From positions 24,490,001 to 24,554,000 of the forward strand of contig OZ024742.1 in NCBI GenBank assembly GCA_964016885.1: 64,000 bases of DNA, in the 5' to 3' direction. Of this stretch, positions 40,100-51,500 are shown piece by piece. Origin of the DNA: Eledone cirrhosa (lineage: Eukaryota). Within the stretch, counting starts at the first letter, position 1. Each line of letters begins with the position of its first letter. The position numbers and the translations under genes were made by a program. The notes below the pieces were generated by a model. It saw only the letters and a list, made by a program, of their open reading frames with translations. It was not told where the DNA came from and searched no databases.

Positions 40100-43000
40100 G
40101 ATTGTGGCTTGTTGTTGTGATGCTGAAGGTATGAGATGACTGCTGTGGATTGTGGCATGTTTGTGTAAGGCTGAAGATATGAGATGACTGCTGTGGATTG
40201 TGGCCTGCTGCTGTAAGGCTGAAGGTATGAGATGACTGCTGTGAATTGTGGCCTGCTGCTGTAAGGCTGAAGGTATGAGATGACTGCTGTAGATTGTGGC
40301 CTGCTGCTGTAAGGCTGAAATATGAGATGACTACTGTGGATTGTGGCTTGTTGTTGTGAGGCTGAAGGTAAGAGATGACTGCTGTGGATTGTGGCCTGCT
40401 GCTGTAAGGCTGAAGGTATGAGATGACTGCTGTGGATTGTGGCCTGTTGCTGTAAGGCTGAAGGTATGAGATGACTGCTGTGGATTGTGGCCTGTTGCTG
40501 TAAGGACGAAGGTATGAGATGACTGCTGTGGATTGTGGCTTGTAGTTGTGAGGCTGAAAGTATGAAATGACTGCTGTGGATTGTGGCTTGTTGTTGTGAG
40601 GCTGAAGGTATGAGATGACTGCTGTGGATTGTGGCCTTTTGCTGTAAGACTGAAGGTATGAGATGACTGCTGTGGATTGTGGCTTGTTGTTGTGAGGCTG
40701 AAGGTATGAGATGACTGCTGTGGATTGTGGCTTGTTGTTGTGAGGCTAAAGGTATGAGATGACTGCTGTGGATTGTGGCCTGCTGCTGTAAGGCTGAAGT
40801 TATGAGATGACTGCGGTGGATTGTGGCCTGCTGCTGTAAGGCTGAAGGTATGAGATGACTGCTGTGGATTGTGGCTTGTTGTTGTGAGGCTGAATGTATG
40901 AGATGACTGCTGTGGATTGTGGATTGTTGTTGTGAGGCTTAAGGTATGACATGACTGCTGTGGATTGTGGCCTGCTGCTGTAAGGCTGAAGGTATGAGAT
41001 GACTGCTGTGGATTGTGGCTTGTTGTTGTGAGGCTGAAGGTATGAGATGACTGCTGTGGATTGTGGCTTGTTGTGAGGCTGAAGGTATGAGATGACTGCT
41101 GTGGATTGTGGCCTGTTGCTGTAAGGCTGAAGGTATGAGATGACTGCTGTGGATTGTGGCCTGCTGCTGTAAGGCTGAAGGTATGAGATGACTGCTGTGG
41201 ATTGTGGCCTGCTGCTGTAAGGCTGAAGGTATGAGATGACTGCTGTGGATTGTGGCTTGTTGTTGTGAAGCTGAAGTTATGAGATGACTGCTGTGGATTG
41301 TGGCCTGCTGCTGTAAGGCTGAAGGTATGAGATGACTGCTGTGGATTGTGGCCTGCTGCTGTAAGGCTGAAGGTATGAGATGACTGCTGTGGATTGTGGC
41401 CTGCTGCTGTAAGGCTGAAGTTATGAGATGACTGCTGTGGATTGTGGCCTGTTGCTGTAAGGCTGAAGGTATGAGATGACTGCTGTGGATTGTGGCCTGC
41501 TGCTGTAAGGCTGAAGGTATGAGATGACTGCTGTGGATTGTGGCCTGTTGCTGTAAGGCTGAAGGTATGAGATGACTGCTGTAGATTGTGGCCTGCTGCT
41601 GTAAGGCTGAAATATGAGATGACTGCTGTGGATTGTGGCCTGTTGCTGTAAGGCTGAAAGTATGAGATGACTGCTGTGGATTGTGGCTTGTTGTTATGAG
41701 GCTGAAGGTATGAGATGACTGCTGCTGATTGTGGCTTGTAGTTGTGAGGCTGAAGGTATGAGATGACTGCTGTGGATTGTGGCCTGTTGCTGTAAGACTG
41801 AAGGTATGAGATGACTGCTGTGGATTGTGGCTTGTTGTTGTGAGGCTGAAGGTATGAGATGACTGCTGTGGATTGTGGCTTGTTGTTGTGAGGCTAAATG
41901 TATGAGATGACTGCTGTGGATTGTGGCCTGCTGCTGTAAGGCTGAAGGTATGAAATGACTGCTGTGGGTTGTGGCCTGCTGCTGTAAGGTTGAAGGTATG
42001 AGATGACTGCTGTGGATTGTGGCCTGCTGCTGTAAGGCTGAAGGCATGAGATGACTGCTGTGGATTGTGGCTTGTTGTTGTGAGGCTGAAGGTATGAGAT
42101 GACTGCTGTGGATTGTGGATTGTTGTTGTGAGGCTGAAGGTATGAGATGACTGCTGTGGATTGTGGCCTGCTGCTGTAAGGCTGAAGGTATGAGATGACT
42201 GCTGTGGATTGTGGCCTGCTGCTGTAAGGCTGAAGGTATGAGATGACTGCTGTGGATTGTGGCCTGCTGCTGTAAGGCTGAAGGTATGAGATGACTGCTG
42301 TGGATTGTGGCCTGTTTCTGTAAGGCTGAAGGTATGAGATGACTGCTGTAGATTGTGGCCTGCTGCTGTAAGGCTGAAATATGAGATGACTGCTGTGGAT
42401 TGTGGCCTGTTGCTGTAAGGCTGAAAGTATGAGAAGACTGCTGTGGATTGTGGCTTGTTGTTGTGAGGCTGAAGGTATGAGATGACTGCTGTGGATTGTG
42501 GCTTGTTGTTGTGAGGCTGAAGGTATGAGATGACTGCTGTGGATTGTGGCTTGTTGTTGTGAGGCTGAAGGTATGAGATGACTGCTGTGGATTGTGGCTT
42601 GTTGTTGTGAGGCTGAAGGTATGAGATGACTGCTGTGGATTGTAGCCTGTTGCTGTAAGACTGAAGGTATGAGATGACTGCTGTGGATTGTGGCTTGTTG
42701 TTGTGAGGCTGAAGGTATGAGATGACTGCTGTGGATTGTGGCTTGTTGTTGTGAGGCTAAATGTATGAGATGACTGCTGTGGATTGTGGCCTGCTGCTGT
42801 AAGGCTGAAGGTATGAAATGACTGCTGTGGGTTGTGGCCTGCTGCTGTAAGGCTGAAGGTATGAGATGACTGCTGTGGATTGTGGCCTGCTGCTGTAAGG
42901 CTGAAGGCATAAGATGACTGCTGTGGATTGTGGCTTGTTGTTGTGAGGCTGAAGGTATGAGATTACTGCTGTGGATTGTGGATTGTTGTTGTGAGGCTGA

Positions 43001-45500
43001 AGGTATGAGATGACTGCTGTGGATTGTGGCCTGCTGCTGTAAGGCTGAAGGTATGAGATGACTGCTGTGGATTGTGGCCTGCTGCTGTAAGGCTGAAGGT
43101 ATGAGATGACTGCTGTGGATTGTGGCCTGCTGCTGTAAGGCTGAAGTTATGAGATGACTGCTGTGGATTGTGGCCTGTTGCTGTAAGGCTGAAGGTATGA
43201 GATGACTGCTGTGGATTGTGGCCTGCTGCTGTAAGGCTGAAGGTATGAGATGACTGCTGTGGATTGTGGCCTGTTGCTGTAAGGCTGAAGGTATGAGATG
43301 ACTGCTGTAGATTGTGGCCTGCTGCTGTAAGGCTGAAATATGAGATGACTGCTGTGGATTGTGGCCTGTTGCTGTAAGGCTGAAAGTATGAGATGACTGC
43401 TGTGGATTGTGGCTTGTTGTTATGAGGCTGAAGGTATGAGATGACTGCTGCTGATTGTGGCTTGTAGTTGTGAGGCTGAAGGTATGAGATGACTGCTGTG
43501 GATTGTGGCCTGTTGCTGTAAGACTGAAGGTATGAGATGACTGCTGTGGATTGTGGCTTGTTGTTGTGAGGCTGAAGGTATGAGATGACTGCTGTGGATT
43601 GTGGCTTGTTGTTGTGAGGCTAAATGTATGAGATGACTGCTGTGGATTGTGGCCTGCTGCTGTAAGGCTGAAGGTATGAAATGACTGCTGTGGGTTGTGG
43701 CCTGCTGCTGTAAGGTTGAAGGTATGAGATGACTGCTGTGGATTGTGGCCTGCTGCTGTAAGGCTGAAGGCATGAGATGACTGCTGTGGATTGTGGCTTG
43801 TTGTTGTGAGGCTGAAGGTATGAGATGACTGCTGTGGATTGTGGATTGTTGTTGTGAGGCTGAAGGTATGAGATGACTGCTGTGGATTGTGGCCTGCTGC
43901 TCTAAGGCTGAAGGTATGAGATGACTGCTGTGGATTGTGGCCTGCTGCTGTAAGGCTGAAGGTATGAGATGACTGCTGTGGATTGTGGCCTGCTGCTGTA
44001 AGGCTGAAGGTATGAGATGACTGCTGTGGATTGTGGCTGGCTGCTGTAAGGCTGAAGGTATGAGATGACTGCTGTGGATTGTGGCCTGTTGCTGTAAGGC
44101 TGAAGGTATGAGATGACTGCTGTGGATTGTGGCTTTTTGTTGTGAGGCTGAAGGTATGAGATGACTGCTGTGGATTGTGGCCTGCTGCTGTAAGGCTGAA
44201 GGTATGAGATGACTGCTGTGGATTGTGGCCTGTTTCTGTAAGGCTGAAGGTATGAGATGACTGCTGTAGATTGTGGCCTGCTGCTGTAAGGCTGAAATAT
44301 GAGATGACTGCTGTGGATTGTGGCCTGTTGCTGTAAGGCTGAAAGTATGAGAAGACTGCTGTGGATTGTGGCTTGTTGTTGTGAGGCTGAAGGTATGAGA
44401 TGACTGCTGTGGATTGTGGCTTGTTGTTGTGAGGCTGAAGGTATGAGATGACTGCTGTGGATTGTGGCTTGTTATTGTGAGGCTGAAGGTATGAGATGAC
44501 TGCTGTGGATTGTGGCTTGTTGTTGTGAGGCTGAAGGTATGAGATGACTGCTGTGGATTGTAGCCTGTTGCTGTAAGACTGAAGGTATGAGATGACTGCT
44601 GTGGATTGTGGCTTGTTGTTGTGAGGCTGAAGGTATGAGATGACTGCTGTGGATTGTGGCTTGTTGTTGTGAGGCTAAATGTATGAGATGACTGCTGTGG
44701 ATTGTGGCCTGCTGCTGTAAGGCTGAAGGTATGAAATGACTGCTGTGGGTTGTGGCCTGCTGCTGTAAGGCTGAAGGTATGAGATGACTGCTGTGGATTG
44801 TGGCCTGCTGCTGTAAGGCTGAAGGCATAAGATGACTGCTGTGGATTGTGGCTTGTTGTTGTGAGGCTGAAGGTATGAGATTACTGCTGTGGATTGTGGA
44901 TTGTTGTTGTGAGGCTGAAGGTATGAGATGACTGCTGTGGATTGTGGCCTGCTGCTGTAAGGCTGAAGGTATGAGATGACTGCTGTGGATTGTGGCCTGC
45001 TGCTGTAAGGCTGAAGGTATGAGATGACTGCTGTGGATTGTGGCCTGCTGCTGTAAGGCTGAAGGTATGAGATGACTGCTGTGGATTGTGGCCGGCTGCT
45101 GTAAGGCTGAAGGTATGAGATGACTGCTGTGGATTGTGGCCTGCTGCTGTAAGGCTGAAGGTATGAGATGACTGCTGTAGATTGTGGCCTGCTGCTGTAA
45201 GGCTGAAATATGAGATGACTGCTGTGGATTGTGGCCTGTTACTGTAAGGCTGAAGGTATGAGATGACTGCTGTGAATTGTGGCTTGTTGTTGTGAGGCTG
45301 AAGGTATGAGATGACTGATGTGGATTGTAGCTTGTTGTTGTGAGGCTGAAGGTATGAGATGACTGCTGTGGATTGTGGCTTGTTGTTGTGAGGCTGAAGT
45401 TATGAGATGAAAGCTGTGGATTGTGGCTTGTTGTTGTGAGGCTGAAGGTATGAGATGACTGCTGTGGATTGTGGCCTGTTGCTGTAAGACTGAAGGTATG
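40100..45500. repeat. Transition domain with more private SNPs; contains a 1726/1918-bp duplication
   Basis: New markers appear (ggctaaatg, tatgaaatg, gtgggttg, ggcatgag, gctgctgatt). Identical 117-aa ORFs lie at 41694/43420 (offset 1726 = 36x48-2); ggcataag is at 42908/44826 (offset 1918 = 1726+192). Confidence 0.85.
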
Positions 45501-48500
45501 AGATGACTGCTGTGGATTGTGGCATGTTGCTGTGTGGCTGAAGGTATGAGATGACTGCTGTGGATTGTGGCCTGTTGCTGTGTGGCTCAAGGTATGAGAT
45601 GACTGCTGTGGATTGTGGCCTGTTGCTGTAAGGCTGAAGGCATGAGTTGACTGCTGTGGATTGTGGCCTGTTGCTGTGAGGCTGAAGGTATGAGATGACT
45701 GCAGTGGATTGTGGCCTGTTGCTGAGTGACTGAAGTTATGAGATGACTACTGTGGATTGTGGTTTGGTGCTGAGTGGCTGAAGGTATGAGATTACTGCTG
45801 TGGATTGTGGCCTGTTGCTGAGTGACTGAAGGTATGAGATGACTGCTGTGGATTGTGGCCTGTTGCTGTATGACTGAAGCTATAAGATGACTGCTCTGGA
45901 GTGTGGCCTGTTGCTGTAAGACTGAAGGTATGAGATGACTGCTGTGGATTGTGGCCTGTTGCTGTGTGGCTGAAGGTATGAGACCATTGCTGTGGATTGT
46001 GGCCTGTTGCTGTAAGGCTGAAGGTATGATATGACTACTGTGGATTGTGGCCTGTTGCTGTGTGGCTGAAGGCATGAGACAACTGCTGTGGATTGTGCCC
46101 TGTTGCTGTGTGGCTGAAGGTATGAGATGAGTGTTGTGGATTGTGGCCTGTTGCTGTGTGGCTGAAGGTATGAGATGACTGCTGTGGATTGTGGCCAGTT
46201 GCTGAGTGGCTGAAGGTATGAGATGACTGCTGTGGATTGTGGCCTGTTGCTGTGTTGCTGAAGGTATGAGATGACTGCTGTGGATTGTGGCCTGTTGCTG
46301 TGTGGCTGAAGGTATGAGCTGACTGCTGTGGATTGTGGCCTGTTGTTGTGAGGCTGACGGTATGAGATGACTGCTGTGGATTGTGGCTTGTTGTTGTGAG
46401 GCTGAAGGTATGAGATGACTGCTGTGGATTGTGGCCTGTTGCTGTAAGGCTGAAGGTATGAGATGACTGCTGTGGATTGTGGCCTGCTGCTGTAAGGCTG
46501 AAGGTATGAGATGACTACTGTGGATTGAGGCTTGTTGTTGTGAGGCTGAAGGTATGAGATGACTGCTGTTGACTGTGGCCTGTTGCTGTGAGGCTGAAAC
46601 TTTGAGATGAGTGCTGTGGATTGTGGCCTGCTGCAGTAAGGCTGAAGGTATGAGATGACTGCTATGGATTGTGGCCTGTTGCTGTAAGACTGAAGCTATG
46701 AGATGACTGCTGTGGATTGTTGCCTGTTGCTGTAAGGCTGAAGGTATGAGATGACTGCTGTGGATTCTGGCCTGTTGCTGTAAGGCTGAAGGTATGAGAT
46801 GACTGCTGTGGATTGTGGCCTGTTGCTATGTGGCTGAAGGTATGAGGTGACTGCTGTGGATTGTGGCATGTTGCTGTGTGGCTGAAGGTATGAGATGACT
46901 GCTGTGGATTGTGGCCTGTTGCTTCATGGCTCAAGGTATGAGATGACTGCTGTGGATTGTGGCCTGTTGTTGTGAGGCTGAAAATATGAGATGACTGCTG
47001 TGGATTGTGGCTTGTTGTTGTGAGGCTGAAGGTATGAGATGACTGCTGTGGATTGTGGCCTGATGCTGTAAGGCTGAAGGTATGAGATGACTGCTGTGGA
47101 TTGTGGCTTGTTGTGAGGCTGAAGGTATGAGATGACTGCTGTGGATTGTGGCTTGTTGTTGTGAGGCTGAAGGTATGAGATGACTGCTGTGGATTGTGGC
47201 ATGTTGTTGTGAGGTTGAAGGTATGAGATGACTGCTGTGGATTGTGGCATGTTGTTGTGAGGTTGAAGGTATGAGATGAATGCTGTGGATTGTGGCCTGT
47301 TGCTGTAAGGCTGAAGGTATGAGATGACTGCTGTGGATTGTGGCCTGCTGCTGTAAGGCTGAAGGTATGAGATGACTGCTGTGGATTGTGGCTTGTTGTT
47401 GTGAGGCTGAAGGTATGAGATGACTGCTGTGGATCGTGGCCTGCTGCTGTAAGGCTCAAGGAATGAGATGACCGCTGTGGATTGTGGCCTGCTGCTGTAA
47501 GGCTGAAGTTATGAGATGACTGCTGTGGATTGTGGCCTGTTGCTGTGAGGCTGAACGTATGAGATGACTGCTGTGGATTGTGGCTTGTTGTTGTGAGGCT
47601 GAAGGTATGAGATGACTGCTGTGGATTGTGGCCTGCTGCTGTAAGGCTGAAGGTATGAGATGACTGCTGTGGATTGTGGCCTGCTGCTGTAAGGCTGAAC
47701 GTATGAGATGACTGCTGTAGATTGTGGCCTGCTGCTGTAAGGCTGAAATATGAGATGACTGCTGTGGATTGTGGCCTGTTACTGTAAGGCTGAAGGTATG
47801 AGATGACTGCTGTGAATTGTGGCTTGTTGTTGTGAGGCTGAAGGTATGAGATGACTGATGTGGATTGTGGCTTGTTGTTGTGAGGCTGAAGGTATGAGAT
47901 GACTGCTGTGGATTGTGGCTTGTTGTTGTGGGGCTGAAGTTATGAGATGACTGCTGTGGATTGTGGATTGTTGTTGTGAGGCTGAAGTTATGAGATGACT
48001 GCTGTGGATTGTGGCCTGTTGCTGTGAGGCTGAAGGTATGAGATGACTGCAGTGGATTGTGGCCTGTTGCTGAGTGACTGAAGGTATGAGATGACTGCTG
48101 TGGATTGTGGTTTCGTGCTGAGTGGCTGAAGGTATGAGATTACTGCTGTGGATTGTGACCTGTTGCTGAGTGACTGAAGGTATGAGATGACTGCTGTGGA
48201 TTGTGGCCTGTTGCTGTATGACTGAAGCTATAAGATGACTGCTCTGGAGTGTGGCCTGTTGCTGTAAGACTGAAGGTATGAGATGACTGCTGTGGATTGT
48301 GGCCTGTTGCTGTGTGGCTGAAGGTATGAGACCATTGCTGTGGTTTGTGGCCTGTTGCTGTAAGGCTGAAGGTATGATATGACTACTGTGGATTGTGGCC
48401 TGTTGCTGTGTGGCTGAAGGCATGAGACAACTGCTGTCGATTGTGCGCTGTTGCTGTGTGGCTGAAGGTATGAGATGAGTGTTGTGGATTGTGGCCTGTT

Positions 48501-51500
48501 GCTGTGTGGCTGAAGGTATGAGATGACTGCTGTGGATTGTGGCCAGTTGCTGAGTGGCTGAAGGTATGAGATGACTGCTGTGGATTGTGGCCTGTTGCTG
48601 TGTTGCTGAAGGTATGAGATGACTGCTGTGGATTGTGGCCTGTTGCTGTGTGGCTGAAGGTATGAGCTGACTGCTGTGGATTGTGGCCTGTTGTTGTGAG
48701 GCTGACGGTATGAGATGACTGCTGTGGATTGTGGCTTGTTGTTGTGAGGCTGAAGGTATGAGATGACTGCTGTGGATTGTGGCCTGTTGCTGTAAGGCTG
48801 AAGGTATGAGATGACTGCTGTGGATTGTGGCCTGCTGCTGTAAGGCTGAAGGTATGAGATGACTGCTGTGGATTGAGGCTTGTTGTTGTGAGGCTGAAGG
48901 TATGAGATGACTGCTGTGGATTGTGGCTTGTTGTTGTGAGGCTGAAGGTATGAGATGATTGCTGTGGATTGTGGCTTGTTGTCGTGAGGCTGAAGGTATG
49001 AGATGACTGCTGTGGATTGTGGCCTGTTGCTGTAAGGCTGAAGGTAGGAGATGACTGCTGTGGATTGTGGCTTGTTGCTGTAAGACTGAAGCTATGAGAT
49101 GACTGCTGTGGATTGTGGCCTGTTGCTGTAAGACTGAAGCTATGAGATGACTGCTGTGGATTGTTGCCTGTTGCTGTAAGGCTGAAGGTATGAGATGACT
49201 GCTGTGGATTCTAGCCTGTTGCTGTAAGGCTGAAGGTATGAGAAGACTCTGTGGATTGTGGCCTGTTGCTGTGTGGCTGAAGGTATGAGATGACTGCTGT
49301 GGATTGTGGCATGTTGCTGTGTGGCTGAAGGTATGAGATGACTGCTGTGGATTGTGGCCTGTTGCTTAGTGGCTCAAGGTATGAGATGACTGCTGTGGAT
49401 TGTGGCCTGCTGTTGTGAGGCTGAAAATATGAGATGACTGCTGTGGATTGTGGCTTGTTGTTGTGAGGCTGAAGGTATGAGATGACTGCTGTAGATTGTG
49501 GCCTTTGCCATAAGGCTGAAAGTATGAGATGACTGCTGTGGATTGTGGCTTGTAGTTGTGAGGCTGAAGGTATGAGATGACTGCTGTGGATTGTGGCTTG
49601 TTGTTGTGAGGCTGAAGGTATGAGATGACTGCTGTGCATTGTGGCTTGTTGTTGTGAGGTTGAAGGTATGAGATGAATGCTGTGGATTGTGGCCTGTTGC
49701 TGTAAGGCTGAAGGTATGAGATGACTGCTGTGGATTGTGGCCTGCTGCTGTAAGGCTGAAGGTATGAGATGACTGCTGTGGATTGTGGCCTGCTGTTGTA
49801 AGACTGAAGGTATGAGATGACTGCTGTGGATTGTGGCCTGCTGCTGTAAGGCTGAAGGTATGAGATGACTGCTGTGGATTGTGGCTTGTTGTTGTGAGGC
49901 TGAAGGTATGAGATGACTGCTGTGGATAGTGGCTTGTTGTCGTGAGGCTGAAGGTATGAGATGACTGCTGTGGATCGTGGCCTGCTGCTGTAAGGCTGAA
50001 GGTATGAGATGACCGCTGTGGATTGTGGCCTGCTGCTATAAGGCTGAAGTTATGAGATGACTGCTGTGGATTGTTGCCTGTTGCTGTGTGGCTGAATGTA
50101 TGAGATGACTGCTGTGGATTGTGGCATGTTGCTGTGTGGCTGAAGGTATGAGATGACTGCTGTGGATTGTGGCCTGTTGCTTAGTGGCTCAAGGTATGAG
50201 ATGACTGCTGTGGATTGTGGCCTGCTGTTGTGAGGCTGAAAATATGAGATGACTGCTGTGGATTGTGGCTTGTTGTTGTGAGGCTGAAGGTATGAGATGA
50301 CTGCTGTGGATTGTGGCTTGTTGCTGTGAGGCTGAAGGTATGAGATGACTGCTGTGGATTGTGGCTTGTTGTTGTGAGGCTGAAGGTATGAGATGACTGC
50401 TGTGGATTGTGGCCTGCTGCTGTAAGGCTGAAGGTATGAGATGACTGCTGTGGATTGTGGCCTGCTGCTGTAAGGCTGAAGGTATGAGATGACTGCTGTA
50501 GATTGTGGCCTGCTGCTGTAAGGCTGAAATATGAGATGACTGCTGTGGATTGTGGCCTGTTACTGTAAGGCTGAACGTATGAGATGACTGCTGTGGATTG
50601 TGGCTTGTTGTTGTGAGGCTGAAGGTATGAGATGACTGATGTGGATTGTGGCTTGTTGTTGTGAGGCTGAAGGTATGAGATGACTGCTGTGGATTGTGGC
50701 TTGTTGTTGTGAGGCTGAAGGTATGAGATGAAAGCTGTTGATTGTGGCTTGTTGTTGTGAGGCTGAAGGTATGAGATGACTGCTGTGGATTTTGGCCTGT
50801 TGCTGTAAGACTGAAGGTATGAGATGACTACTGTGGATTGTGGCCTGTTGCTGTGTGGCTCAAGGTATGAGATGACTGCTGTGAATTGTGGCCTGTTGCT
50901 GAGTGACTGAAGGTATGAGATGACTGCTGTGGATTGTGGCCTGTTGCTGTAAGGCTGAAGGCATGAGATGACTGCTGTGGATTGTGGCCTGTTGCTGTGA
51001 GGCTGAAGGTATGAGATGACTGCAGTGGATTGTGGCCTGTTGCTGAGTGACTGAAGGTATGAGATGACTGGTGTGGATTGTGGTTTGGTGCTGAGTGGCT
51101 GAAGGTATGAGATTACTGTTGTGGATTGTGGCCTGCTGCTGTATGACTGAAGCTATAAGATGACTGCTCTGGAATATGGCCTGTTGCTGTAAGACTGAAG
51201 GTATGAGATGACTGCTGTGGATTGTGGCCTGTTGCTGTGTGGCTGAAGGTATGAGATCATTGCTGTGGATTGTGGCCTGTTGCTGTAAGGCTGAAGGTAT
51301 GATATGACTACTGTGGATTGTGGCCTGTTGCTGTGTGGCTGAAGGCATGAGACAACTGCTGTGGATTGTGGCCTGTTGCTGTAAGGCTGAAGGTATGATA
51401 TGACTACTGTGGATTGTGGCCTGTTGCTGTGTGGCTGAAGGTATGAGATGACTGCTGTGGATTGTGGCCAGTTGCTGTGTGGCTGAAGGTATGAGATGAC

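Larger units (their letters stand above)
1..40100. repeat. Homogeneous domain: cassettes A/B/C arranged in near-identical higher-order repeats
   Basis: Rare marker variants (ctgaaatatg..gactact, ggcttaaggtatgacatg, gccagttg, gatgtgaa, ggctaaagg, gcggtgg) recur in identical order many times. Identical 462-aa and 222-aa translations occur at several positions. Confidence 0.93.
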
